Part shown: piece by piece, positions 21,388 through 34,420 of the stretch | Layout of the letters: every line of letters starts with the position of its first letter | How positions within the stretch are numbered: position 1 is the stretch's first letter | Assembly (NCBI GenBank): GCA_964035575.1 | Contig: OZ037847.1 | Span: 1,302,001-1,366,000 of the forward strand | DNA length: 64,000 nucleotides | Direction: 5' to 3' | Source of the DNA: Rhynchopus sp. YZ270_cl-10 | Lineage: Eukaryota | The notes under the pieces: generated by a model | Seen by the model: only the letters and a program-made list of their open reading frames with translations | Databases searched by the model: none | Told to the model about the DNA's origin: nothing | Made by a program: the position numbers and the translations under genes

Positions 21388-24309
21388 CCTGGGCTGTTTT
21401 TTCTGGTGTACACGAGAAGCGTTCATTCTTCACATTTTTCACTGATTTGTGGTGATTAAGCACGAGAGGCTTAGGTTCATCTTATCAACTTTCCTTTATT
21501 TTCTCACCTGTTTTTTTCCTGAAATTTGGTGGAATTTTGGAGTTTAAATCCCGTCAAATTCCTCCGAATTTCAGGCAAAATCTAGTGGGAAAATTCTTCT
21601 CCGCTTTTGAAACCAAACAGGTGTTTATATAAAAAGTATAAAAATAAAGTATACGAGAGGGAACTCTCGAAGGGAAAACATTTATCAGCATAAAAGAGGA
21701 CTGTTCCTTGCAGCTGCACCCTCGGGGGATATTCGAGTGAGCAAAATGTGAAGCACAGCGGCAAAGCTCCCTGGGGGGGATTGTACAGCTTACGTTACGT
21801 TACATATCCAAACAAAATCAAAAAAAAGGCGTGACCGTTAAATATGACCAAAATCAGGGTGGCTTGGGTTGAAAACTTGATAGAATGGTGGCTACGTTAT
21901 TCATCTTACAAGCTTTCTTAGTTTGTTTTGTTTTTTGTTTTGTTTTCCAGAGTTTTTGGTAACTCGGAAAAAGATAAAAGAACGAATCGTTTTTTTTTTT
22001 TCCCGTTTTTTTGCATACCTTTCTGGTTGGTTTAACCCCTTTTTTTTCTCGCTTTTATTCACCCAGAACACTTCTTTACATCCCTGAGGTGGTTTGTCTG
22101 TAATAACAATCTTCGATTTGCACCACACAATTATGATAGCAAATATCTGTGTGCATAGCAAGATACATCTGCCTCTACAGATGGCAGTCTTGATTGTGTG
22201 TGTCATCAGCATTTTTTGGCATACTCGTCATCGTCCTGTCAAACTATAGTGGAGCTCATCCTGGGGTGTCCATGAAAATCAGAAAAAAAAAAAAAAAAAT
22301 ACCACCAAAAAAATCACAACTGCAAAAAGAGCAACCCCCTCAATCAGTCTACACGAACATCAGAAAAAAAAATACCCCCCAAATTTGTCTGTGTTCATGA
22401 GGTGTCAGTGTCATTTTTACCAGAGGCGGGGGGAATTTTTTTCTCTCGTCTTTTTTTTTCTTCTTTTTTTTTTTTGCACAAATTTCACTCTGTATGTGTC
22501 AGTCAGGCACATTGCACTCTTCATTAGTTTTTCTTGATGTGCACGAGAGGCACATTCATCTTTTCAAGGTTCTCTTTTCTTTTTTAAAAAAAAAGTTTGG
22601 GTACATTTAGTGCACCCTATTATACCATCTATTCAGTAGAATAGTTAGTATCTGAAACAATTTTCTCTTTTCCTTTATACACGAGAGGTCTTTTTGAAAC
22701 CTCCACAACTCCACCCCAACCCCAAATTGGCCGCACACGGCCTTCTCAACTGCCCCCCTCCCACTCACATTAAATTTTTAACCAAGTATCCCCAGAACAT
22801 AAAACTCCCAGTAATACAAGTGTATTCCAGAATATAGTCTCTATTATTTGGATGCTTGCATCCGTTGAAAAGAAACAAAAAGTGAAAAAGTGGAGAGTTG
22901 CACAACGGCAACACAACCCCGAGGCAACTACACTACTCCAAAAATTTATCAAAAGAAAAGGAAAAAAAATCTTCCTTCTGTAGTACAAAAGGCTTCGGCC
23001 GACATTGAGTACAGATCGTTATACCAGTAGAGTATAACGTGATTGTCGTATACAACAAAAATATCTGCGCATAAGCAAACCCTTCGATCAGTCTGCAATC
23101 CGTTCAAAAACCTTCGTTAGGGAGGTGGAGTAAAGACTTCGTTTTTTTCCCTTCTTCTGTTGTTGTAGCCATATACAGTTTCCCTGCACCCTAAGCAAAC
23201 ATTCTTACTTTAGATGTGTGCATCAGAGGTCATTCGTCTAACAAGTTTTCTGTCTTTTTTGGTTCATTCGGTTCGTTTCTGTTTTGATTTTTTTTTTAGT
23301 CGCAATTTATGTACAAAAAAGCAGTGTTCTGCATGCCCAAAGAATTTCAACACTTTCAAGTGTTTCCTCTTTGGTCACATCTGCAGTTATTTTACCCACT
23401 GTTTTGTTACCACGTGAAGACCACACCATTTTTGCGTAGCTGGCACACGTTTTTTTATTTTTTCTGCTCTCAAGCGAATTAAGCACGCGAAGTTTATTCT
23501 ACAGGGAAGGCGTTGTAGCCACACTGTGCCAATAACGTTCAACCCGCCTCGCTAGGTAATCGTTATATAAAAAAAAATACGACTGAAGGCGAAGTTTTCA
23601 AAGACAAGGTTGTGCAGGGAAGCTCCCTTCCTCTTTGATTTTTTCTCTTTTTTTTTTAAAATACGATAGTGGACCATCCTCGGGTGTATGCACTAATACA
23701 ACTAAATTTTCAAAAAAACGGAAAATTGCAAAAAACAAAACGTGTTCACATGCTCGTATACCTTAAATCAAACCTGAAGGAAGTAAGTACACCACACAAG
23801 TCGCCCCCTCAAAGCGAAAACTTGATACCATGCAACAGCAAACCCCGTGAGGGAGGGAGGGAACCAAAATAAAGAAGGGGGCATAAAAAACCTTTTCTCC
23901 AAAAGAGTTCCACGTAGGCGGTACAGTGTTTCGTATGAATGGTATTGTGCGTGGGGGTGTTTCACACGTTCACATTTACTTAATATATTCAGCATTTTTC
24001 TAAGTTTGCCTCTGTTCTGTTTGCTTCTTTTTTGTAAGATGTGTGTGCATGCGAGGCACTCATCATACAAGGTTCTTTTATTTAAAAAGTGTGCGTCTGC
24101 AAGAACAGCCTTGGCTGATACTTTCTGTATTAGCACACGATCGCCTTTTATGGCACGTAGCTACCTGAGTTTTTAAAAAAAGGGGGAATATCCATTATGT
24201 ACCCACTCCCCTTCAACCTCTTCTCCGTCGTATTCTCACTCCCTTATTCAGATAGCCCCCCTTTTCCTCCTCCTCCTCCTTCTCCTCCTCCCATCAGCAC
24301 ACTCTGACA

Positions 24310-25215
24310 ATGTTTCGCCGCATGGACACACAGTACGGCGGACCCTCCCCTCGCTCTGGACACATGGCAGAAACGGGGGAGGATGGGACGATCTACTTCT
24401 TTGGCGGCCAAGGCAAGAGACGGCACAGTACACTGCACTGTTTTACCCCTGCGGATGGTGTGTGGGTGGAGGTTGATACGGAAGGGGCCGTTCCGCCGCC
24501 ACTGTGCAAAGGCAGCCTGACGTATCTCGAAGGAAGTCTCTACCTCTTTGGTGGGTGGGGCGAAGGGAGGAAGAAGCTGAACACCATGTGGCGCATCACC
24601 CCTGGAGTCTGGGTATGGGAGGAGGTGCGTACTGCAGGAAGACCCCCGCCGCGGAGCAGCCACTCCTGCGCTGTGGTTGGGGCGAAGATGATCCTCTTCG
24701 GCGGTATCGGCGACAATAAATACAACGATTTATGGCAGTTTGACCCAAAGCGGTGTGCATGGTCGCCTATCTCATGCGAAATCTCACCGCCACGCAGAAG
24801 CAGCTACGGTGGGTTGCATCTGAAGGGCAACGCATTGTATCTCTTTGGTGGGTTGGGGTGCGGGCAGTTCAATGATGTGTGGAGGCTGCAGCTGCCGGAG
24901 AAGCCTGCCGACAAATTTTTCTGGACCGAGGTCAAGACGACGGGGTCAGCACCGAGCAAGCGTGGTCGCCACTCAACAGCGATCATAGGTGATATGCTCC
25001 TTACCGTGGCAGGGACAAACCTGCGTCGTTGCTTTGCTGATGCGCATGCCCTCAACCTCAACACAAACGAATGGACAGAAATCCCCCTCACAAAATACTT
25101 CGCACCAAAGGAAGCATGTGCCGTGGTGACAACTGACACCGGGTTCTATCTTCATGGCGGAATGCAAGGTGCACAGACCTGGTTCGACGATATGTGGGAG
25201 GTCAAGGCTCCTTAG
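24310..25215 (+). CDS. Kelch-repeat beta-propeller protein
   Basis: Six repeats with PxPRxxH, YLFGG and W signatures. Confidence 0.92.
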   Translation: MFRRMDTQYGGPSPRSGHMAETGEDGTIYFFGGQGKRRHSTLHCFTPADGVWVEVDTEGAVPPPLCKGSLTYLEGSLYLFGGWGEGRKKLNTMWRITPGVWVWEEVRTAGRPPPRSSHSCAVVGAKMILFGGIGDNKYNDLWQFDPKRCAWSPISCEISPPRRSSYGGLHLKGNALYLFGGLGCGQFNDVWRLQLPEKPADKFFWTEVKTTGSAPSKRGRHSTAIIGDMLLTVAGTNLRRCFADAHALNLNTNEWTEIPLTKYFAPKEACAVVTTDTGFYLHGGMQGAQTWFDDMWEVKAP

Positions 25216-25670
25216 TGGGGGGAGGGGGAGGGAGGGAGAGAGGTGTTTCCATTAGTGTGCCCATGAGGGGTGCGGTTTGCTAGCCATAGTTCGTGTTGAT
25301 TGGGGTGTGTGAGAGGCGCACTTCGTCTACACAAGTTTTATTCTTTTTCTTGTTGTTGTTTCCCTTCTGAAAGCCGTACGTTCGGCTTTCATATTCACTT
25401 TATTTCCAGGGTAAGCGTGAGAGGCTTATCTTACCAACTTTTCGTTGTTGTTACAAAAAAACTGAAAAACAAAAACCTTGACACAGGAATAGTCTCAAAA
25501 ATCTAACCTTGCTTCTTTCCCTCCCTGTGTCGGTGATTGTTGACATTTCTCAAAAAAGAAAAGGAAATGATACCCCCTTCCCTCTGCTGATTTGCAACGT
25601 GCCTATTGCTACACATACCCTGTGCAACAACAAATGCAGATTTTCACTTTTTGCATAAACACAAGACAAT

Positions 25671-27211
25671 ATGCGCCACATGGCGACGTTAGCAGCAGTG
25701 GCCTGCACACTGTGCTGCAGCGAGGTGGCAGGGCTGAGCATCCCTGGTGACTGCACGGTGCTGCCCGCATCTGGGTCGCAGACACACAAGGAGGGCTCGT
25801 CGCAGTACTCAAACGACGAAGACCTGTGCTGGAAGGTGCCTGCATGCGGGACAGGGTACGAGGTGACGGTATCGTTCTCGGCTTTCGATGTGGAGTCTGG
25901 GTACGACTTTGTGACGGTGTGGGCAGACAACGGGGCGGGTGTGTACAGCCAGGTGTCGCAGACGTCTGGGACGAGTGCCCCTGCAGATGCGAAGAACGGG
26001 GCACACGCAGTGGCGGTGCAGTTCAAGTCTGACTATAGTGTGACGCGCGCCGGGTTCACATTTGCGTGGAGCTGTGTTGCGACAGAGACGCCGCCGCCCA
26101 CACCTGCACCCACAGCCGTGCCAACAGCCGTGCCGACACCTGCCCCCACAGCAGTGCCATGCCCACCACGTGTGCGCCACGCGTGGTCGCAGCTGTCGTG
26201 TGCAGACCGTGAACACTACATTGCGGCTGTGGCAGCACTGAAGACGCAGAAGCGGTCTGTGTACGACGCTATTGAGATGTCGCACGTGACGAACTCAGAG
26301 ATTGCACACGGGACGTCTGCGTTCCTGCCGTGGCACAGGTGGTTTGTGCTCGGGTACGAGAACGCCCTGCGGTCGCTGCCTGGGTTCGAGTGTGTGACGG
26401 TGCCGTACTGGGACGGGAGCAGGACATGAGCCTGCAGACGTGTGTGTGGAAGATGAACACGTTTGGGCCGACAAACCCGACTGGGACGACGGACAGCGCA
26501 ACGTCCTGTGTGGACAAGGGTGTGGCTGCAGGGTGGACCACGTCGCAGCCGGGGAACCCATGCCTGAAGCGCCACAGCCCGATCTTTGGTGGGGGTCCGT
26601 ACGGGGCGGCGAACGTGGGGAGGGAGGTTGTGGCCACAGACTACGCGTCCTTCAGCGCAGGGTACGAGTCAGGAGCACACCAGTCTGTGCACTCGTACAT
26701 TGGGGAGACGATGACGACGAGCTGGAGCCCTGCAGACCCGCTGTTCTTCCTGCACCACGCAAACATCGACAGAACGTACGCCCTGTGGCAGGACTACCAC
26801 GGCTACAGCGCCGTTGCTGCAGGGAGCCTGACGACAACACACTACGAGGCGAGGTACGAGGGCGGGGATGTGGCGGACGTGGCGCTCGATGCCACCCTGC
26901 CCTTTGCGCACGATGCCACGGGCACGACGAGCGAGTACCTCGCTGGAAGCATCAGCGCCCGCAGCCTGCACAACATCCAGGACATGCCTGGGGGCAACAG
27001 CTACACCTACGGGGTCGACGGGCTGGCACGCTTTATTGTGGCCGAGTACGCGACGGCACCCGTGGGGGGCTGGACGTGGCTGGAGGAGGCGTCTGCCGCA
27101 CTCACCCCTGTCACGTGCTGTGGTGACGGCAGCATCGATGACGGTGAGCAGTGCGACGACGGGAACACTGTTGATGGGGACGGCTGCTCCGCCACGTGCA
27201 TGAGCACATGA
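25671..27211 (+). pseudogene. Secreted CUB + tyrosinase + Cys-rich protein with a 1-nt frameshift at about 26414 (pseudogene or sequence error)
   Basis: Signal peptide; CUB (FSAFDVESGYDFV, FKSDYSVTRAGF); CuA AHGTSAFLPWHR; CuB HQSVH...DPLFFLHHANIDR; C-terminal CGDG..EQCDDGN..DGDGCSATC; one T inserted after 26414 restores PYWDW. Confidence 0.88.
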
Positions 27212-27497
27212 AGACAGACACCAACACCACCCAGACACGTGCCCAAAACGCTTTTTCTTTAGGTGTGCTTTGTGCGCCTTCTCTTGTTTCACTATGATAG
27301 TATCATTAGCTTTGCCAGGTTTTCTTTATTCCTGTTTTTTTCCTTACCCCTGACTGCAACAGACAAACCCACCAGCGAACCCATGCTGGTGTGCGTGGTT
27401 GCGTTCCCCTCCCTCCCTTCCACCCCACCTGTACTCTTGTGCGGGAAGGCTTCGCAATGCAATCACGCTTGCAGACCCTTCCCAGGGAGAACAGACG

Positions 27498-27714
27498 CAG
27501 GTGTCCATTGAGGCACAGAGCGTCCTCTCACCAACATTGCTACTCCCCTCTTATCCCCCTTCTGTTTTTATTTTCATATTTTTTGTCTGCATGAAACATT
27601 TCATGTCGCCACTGTGCATACGAATTCACTCCTTCGACTGCCCCTACCCCCACTCCTGATCCCTTACTCCGCAGACTGATGCAGGTGTCCATTGAGGCAC
27701 AGAGCGTCTTCTCA
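27498..27714 (+). repeat. Local direct repeat of about 34 bp
   Basis: GCAGGTGTCCATTGAGGCACAGAGCGTC(C/T)TCTCA at about 27498 and 27681. Confidence 0.8.
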
Positions 27715-28441
27715 TCACAGAGGGAAACGGAACGTGATTGGACAGGGGAGCAGAAGGGGGTGTCGACTAACATAGGCTTAGGAGCATCTTACAGGCCTTT
27801 TTGTTTCCTTCTTTCGCAATTATGTGTGAGTGTGTGCACCATTAGGTGCACACTTTCTCGATAATGCTTTTTTTTAACATTGATCAAGGAGAGTCTAAGG
27901 CCCTAGGCCTAGACGCATCCTTACATAACTTTTCTTGTCAAGATGTGTGCGCAAGAGGCACATTCTTACAACTTTTCTGTTATAGTATCCACGCATTTTT
28001 ATCTCCCCCTGATTCCCCCTTCCCTGCTGCTCGATGACAAAAGGAATACATTCACCCGTACGTTGTTTCTCTTTGCCAACATTTTCCTATTAAAGATGTA
28101 TGCACGAGAGGCATATTCATCTTTTCAAACCTTTCTTTTATAGCCAATCTTTTCTCCCGCTTTTCTAAAAAAAAAAAGATTTACCCCTCCACTATTTCCC
28201 TAAAAATTATTAGAACACTTCAACATCAACATCAAATTCAACACCCTTTCCCCCCCCTCCCACACCGCAAAACGGGCAGAGGACCCCCCAACTGGACCCT
28301 ACATCCTACATCACAGGATTCATGACCCTGTACCTTAAAGTTATCATATTTTGAACACAATCTCTATTAACTTTTTTATCAACACCACCACCCTACCACC
28401 CATCTTCTCACCCCCCCCTCTCCAGAAAGAGATGCAATAGA

Positions 28442-31400
28442 ATGGGCTTTGTGATATGCCTTGCAACGGATTTGTTGGGGCGGAAGGTGAACTTTGAGGT
28501 TACGTTGCCTCAGTTGCAACCTACGCTTCGTGATGTGGAGCACGAGGCGGATGTTGTGTTTAATGCAGAGTACGCGCGACTCGGCGTCGCACAACGCTTC
28601 GCCGCACAACGCTGGCAGGTCTACGACGAAACCCGCCAGAAATGGACCTCCCTCCGCACCTCCAACCAATCAACCCTCCTCCGCCCGGCCTGCCAGGTCT
28701 ACGCCCTGCAACGTGGCTGGGAGCATGAGATGCAGGCCCCCATCCCAAACCCTACTGCGCTGCCTCACTTCACCGCACCCCTCTCCCCTCAATACATCTC
28801 CGAATCACCACAGCGTGACTATTCTGTACCGCGCAATGAGGTGGAGCTGCAACCTCCGCAAGAAGGCACAGAAGGCGACCTGGAAGAAGCATATGAACAG
28901 CCAATGAGCGATGAAGGCAAAGTTGCCGCACTCTTCCACGAATTGAACGTACGTGGCAACGGTGCGTTGGAGATGGAGGAGTTCCGCCGTGGCCTCACCC
29001 AGCTTGATATGCCGTTCACCGCAGAGCAGTTGCGTGAAGTCTTCGTAAAGGCAGATGAAAACGCAGATGGACGGCTCAGCTTTGACGAATGGCGTCGCAT
29101 GCTTGCAAATCACCCAAACCTTCGCGATAGTCTTTACTTCAGAAGTCGAGAGTATGTCAAACGATGAGTAAAAAAAGGGGTGGGTTCCGTATTACATGAT
29201 AGTGTCAGGTGGTGGTTTAATAACAAAAAGAGCGCGTGAGGGGGGAAAAGTTCTGATTTTTTGTGGTGTTCGTGAATTTCCCACAATGCTACGAAATAGC
29301 GGGGGGGTCATGAATACCAATGTGTCTTCTATTTGATGTTGCATCTTAAGACGCAGTGATTACCAACCTTTTATTATTGCAGGTTCTGGGAAGATGCAAA
29401 GCTTCGTCAGGACATGAAGTCCTCGACAGACCAGCTGGAGGCGCTTCAGCACCGCGAGCAGCTAACACGGGTATGTGCCTTTTGTTTTTTTTTCATCCAA
29501 AAACCCCCTTTTACCCTATCCTACAATACCACCTCAACCCTTCCCACAGAATGTATGGCAGTCAGTGCAGGACGATCTGCGTGCTTTAACTGAGCGAGTC
29601 GAGACACGGCGACAGGTATAGCCTCCCCTCATAACCCCCCACCTCCCTCCACAGCGAGCATTTTATAACAAGGTGACTAAACACAGAGAGGGTTGGGTTC
29701 ATCGTATAAACTTTTCTCTTTTCTTTTATGTTCTGCAGAAATGGAGGTTTGGCGATATTCCTCTATCAGTATATTTGGTTCCTTCTGGCGTCGACCACGG
29801 AACTGCCGCTCTATATTTGTGTTTCGTGTTTCGTGCACAAAAGGAAACCCTTGAGTTTTACATCAAACCCCCTTTCCAGAATACGGAACGCCTGGCAGAG
29901 TTGGTTGCACAAAGAGAGCGTGCGTCGGAGGCTGCGCTGAGTGACGTGGCGCATTCACAGAGACATCTGCAGGAGATTGAGACTGAGGCGGCGAAGGGGA
30001 GAGAGGCATGTGAGCAGCGCCATGGTGTGTACACAACGCTTGCGACGGACGTAAAGGCGCTTGAAGAACGTCTCGTGCACGCACAAACGTCTGCCGCAGA
30101 GGTGCTCAGGGAAGAGGACATCGCTGCCGCGCAGAATGCCGAGACAAAACACCAGGCAGACGCCTTCCGGAACAAAACCATTGAAAAGGCAGGCATCTTC
30201 CGCCAAGCGCACGAAAGGGAGCGGGAGGCGAAGGAGCTGATCACTGCTGCGCAGGATGAGACCTCGGTATGAAAAATCTTTGTCAAATTTTTAACCCTCC
30301 CTCCACAGAGGCTGGAGCACAGCATCAGTGTGTGCGATGGGAATATTGAGAATGTGACGCAGGCAGCGTTTGTGGCGGAAGGTGAGTTGGCGCGTGTCGC
30401 GTCTGAAGTGGCAGTGGCGACGGAGACGTGCCAGGGTGTGCTGCAGGTAGTGGCAGCGGCGCGTCTGGAGGAGGAAGCGTCCATGCGTACGGCGCTAGAG
30501 GCACAGCGCAAGGTCGATGCTGCAGAAGAGGCGATCCGCACGCAGGCGGACGCACTCACACACCTCGCAGAGCAAAGGGAGCTTGCAGCAAAGAACGAAC
30601 AGCGGATAATAGACCAAGAAATCCGCCTCCGAATGCAGCGGCAGTCTCTTGAGCAAAATGTATGAGTTTTTTTCCCCCATGAGGTGGAATTTTTCAGTGC
30701 TCTCAAGATCCTCCACGTAGGGGAGGATATTTCCTCCAGGGGCTTTTTTTTTTTTTTTCCAGGCTTTTTTGGTGGAGGATTTCCTCCATTTTTTTTTTTT
30801 TTTTGGCGGGCTCGGGTGGAGGATTATCCTCCTAGGGGTTTTATAGTGGGGGGTCACTTTGTCTCCCCCGAGGGAGCCAATATTTTCCCGAGCCTGTATG
30901 CACCGTCCAGGGCTGCACCTTAAAAAAAATTTGCTTGCGGCGCCATTTTCATTTTTTGCTACTCAAAAAAAGGGTTCGTTGAGTGATTCTGTAGTGTAAA
31001 AGGAAGCATTTTTACACCGTACCCCAATTTTTTTTCGCCTGCGGCGCCATTTATATTATTTTTTTGCTCCGCAAAAAAATAGTTGGCAATGTCTTTGGAT
31101 ACCCTTGTATTTTGCAGCCAAAAAATGCAACGTGACCAAAGCTGCAAAATTTTTGCCATTTAAAAAAAATTACCCGCCGTTGCATCAGCCCCTGCTTCTG
31201 GAAGACGTATTGGTTTTGTACGGTTCGTGGAGCGTACGGTGCAAGAGAAAGGATTAGATTTCCGTTTTTTGTTATCTCGCAAAATTGACCCGCCTCTCCG
31301 CTCTGTGGCTGTCAGGGAGGCGCGCGCGAAGCGCGCGACGACCGCTTGTTGCGGGGGAAAATTTTTTTTTTTGGGGGGTTTTTTTTGCAAAAACGAATCC

Positions 31401-31753
31401 TCCTCATTTCGAAAATTCTGCTTTTTTCGTGGAGGATCTTGAGAGCCCTGGAATTTTTGGCGTTTTTTTTTTACCACATCTGGACGATTTTTTCGTTGGA
31501 GTTAAAAAAAGAAAGATGCACAGTACCGAGTACCGGGTATTACCTGGAAAGTTTTTATCCGGTAGCAACCTGGGTCTTGGTATTCTTGGTAGTGCCCGGT
31601 ACCCGTACCGGTTGCGTTTCATGATTTAGTCTGAACGGCAGCTACACTAAACCAACCGATTTATCAAAACAAAACAAACTACAGGAGGCACGCCTGAGGG
31701 CAGAGCATAGAGCTGTCATGGATGTTACCTTAGGAAGCAAATACGCTCGGTGA
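28442..31753 (+). CDS. BILBO1-like protein; exons 28442-29151, 29383-29470, 29550-29615, 29880-30266, 30309-30659, 31685-31753
   Basis: N-terminus (ATDLLGRKVNFEV...YDETRQKW...CQVYALQ) resembles the BILBO1 N-terminal domain; two EF-hands; coiled coil ending IIDQEIRLRMQRQSLEQN|EARLRAEH; all GT-AG junctions keep frame. Confidence 0.85.
30695..31450. mobile_element. hAT-type MITE in intron 5 of the BILBO1-like gene
   Basis: TIR CAG(T/G)GCTCTCAAGATCCTCCACG (22/23 match); perfect 8-bp TSD GAATTTTT. Confidence 0.92.
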
Positions 31754-32490
31754 TTTTTTTTTTTTTCTTTTTCTTCTTTTTCAATAGATTTTTTGTAGTT
31801 TTTCTTCCACGACCGAATGGGGGGGAAGGGGGAACGGTGTGGAGAACCATGCCTTATTTTCTCTTAGAGCTGTTATTATAAAGAAGCAACCTGTGTCCAC
31901 TTTCTTTGCTTCTCTCCCCACCTCACCCGCACATTCTTTTCTTTTTGTTTCTCCATTCACCGCGACCCTACGTAGAACGAACACGGCAACCCCCCACCCC
32001 GCACCACCCCACCCTTTCCTTGCACCTCTTCTACACTCCATAGCTCCACCCTACTTCAATATTATTCGAGGCCGAATATCATCAACTCCAACCTTTCAGA
32101 TGGTAACCTCGAATTGGAGGTAGGAAGGGGGTCCACCCGGTGCACCATGTGCCAAGGTGGTTTGTGAACTTCTCTCATGTACCCATGAATGTGACCTTTC
32201 CCCGTGGTGGGTCTTCGTATGATCTCTCAATGCGAATCGTTTCAAGTCCTGGCTAATAGTGTATATATTCAGCTCGAAAACCTAATCGCTTTTGTCGGGG
32301 TCACCCACACCGTGCGTGTTCTTTGAGCCATAAAGATCAAACCGGTCGTTGTCGGGGACAAAATGATACACCAGGTTCACGATTTTTGTCGTTTATTCTG
32401 CTCAAAATGCCCCTCCCTCCTCCCTTCTCTTTCCCCTTCCTCAAACCCCCTTGCAGTACAGGTCGGGTTGGGACAAAATAGAAGGGAACC

Positions 32491-34420
32491 ATGATGAACC
32501 AACAGCAGCAGCGTTATGTTGCAGACTCCTCGAGTGGGACGCAGATCGTGAATGCGTACGCGGCGAAGAAGGCGGCGCAGATGGAGCGTGCACGGCAGCT
32601 GCGCCAGGAGCGTGAGCTCAAGAAGCATAGAGAAGGTGGTGAGGCGGCTTCTGCGGGGCCTCTTGGGTCGGCCCGCGCCCCGCCCTCGGTCGGCAGTCAC
32701 CACAACACAGGCTCGCCCGTTGAGCAGCCGTCAGACCCCGCGCCCAGCGCAGTGCACTCCCACCCCGTGTCGGTGCCCATCAGCCGCACCACGCAGCACG
32801 CCCACTCCTCGCCCCTCGTCGAAACGCCGGCGCAGTCGTTCCATGAGGTGCAGAGCCACCAGGCAGACAGCTCCTCCGTTCTTGTGGGCGAGAATGACCT
32901 TTATAAAGCAGTGCAGGTATGTTGAAAGTGGGTCGATGGGGTGGAAATCTTAGTATATTTGGGTATGCTGGTTAACTCTTTTGTTTTTGCAGGCCGGGAT
33001 CATCACGATGGACCAGTGCAGGAAGCTCTGGGAGACCCTCCAAGCAGCAGGTGCCGGGCGGCCAGCAGAGGCACCTACCACAGCGCGGGGGTACGGCAGC
33101 TCGCCCGTCCCGCAGCAGGGGGGTACTGTGTACACGTCGGCGCAGCAGCCCACACCGGTGTCGGCACGCAAGATGTCTGCAAGCACGTCACGCGACCCGC
33201 GCGATAGCAACGAATCGATAGGCGACACAGCAAGGATGAAGGCACAGATTGCCGATGCGCAGAGCAGAGACCACGTATGTTTTTTTTTTTTAATTCGCCG
33301 TTTTTTTTTTTAAACTCTTCCCCCCTCCTGCAGCAGCCGCGAGACGAGAACGGGTGGAACCTCGACACAGACGTGGCCCACGCTGAGCCTGAAACAGACG
33401 CAGACTTCCTCCGCCGCCAGGGACGCAACTTCACCGTCTCCTCCCGCAAGCCTGCACGCGAGCCTGCCCGCCCAGAGTGGAAGGCGATGGAGGAGGAGTC
33501 GTCGGGGGGCTTTGGGGACCCACCACCGGTGCGCAAGCCTGCACGCAAGCCTGCAAGCACGGCGCGCAAGGTGGCGGCGAAGCCTGCACAGAGTGTGAGG
33601 GAGAGCAGTGCCACGCATTCGGAGCCGCTCAACATCGATGACATGCCTGTGGGCGGCGGCGGCGGCGGTGGCGGAATGGGACGTGGCATGGGAGGCAGCG
33701 GTTCCGGAAGACCCAACTTCAACAGCTCCGGGTACAGCCAGTACGACACCCCCGCCATGGACGAGGCCCCCACACGCACAGAGCCCCGCAGACGCACCTC
33801 CGCCCGCGCACAACCACCACCACAGGTGCAGCAGCACGCACACTACGAGGTTGACAGCATCCCTGTGTCCTCCGGCATGGGTGGGGGCGGGATGGGTGGT
33901 GGTGGAGGGATGGACGAACTACTAAGAGAAGCAGAGCAGGCACAGAGCGAACAGCAGCGGCAGTGCCACCAGGTATTTCCTCCCCCCCCTATACTTAACG
34001 AACCGATTTTCAACCAACCCTCTACAGTGCGGACGGAGCTTCCGCGAGAGTGTCCTCAGAAAGCACGCTGCCGGCTGTGGGAAGCAGAAGCCGCGTAAGG
34101 TGTTCAACACTAGCAAGCAGAGGGAGCTGCCTGACCAGAAGAACGTTGAGAAGTCGTATGATCCCCCGAAGGCGAAGAAGGAGAACAACTGGAAGGCGCA
34201 GCACGAGGAGTTAATGGCGGCGATGAAGAACAACAAGATCGCCAATGCTGTGGAACGAGGTGACCTTCCTGCCACCGCACTCAAGAGCGTTCCCGCACCC
34301 GTAGATAGCCGTGTCCCCTGCCCACATTGTACAAGAAAGTTCGCCCCCGACGTTGCTGATAGACATATCCCCAAGTGCAAAAACATTCTCAACAAACCAA
34401 AAAGCGTTCGCCGCTATTAG
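32491..34420 (+). CDS. C2HC zinc-finger protein, ZC2HC1/FAM164-like; exons 32491-32916, 32993-33274, 33334-33972, 34028-34420
   Basis: CHQ|CGRSFRESVLRKHAAGC, KPRKVFNTSKQR, NWKAQHEEL, CPHCTRKFAPDVADRHIPKC; in-frame GT-AG introns. Confidence 0.85.
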
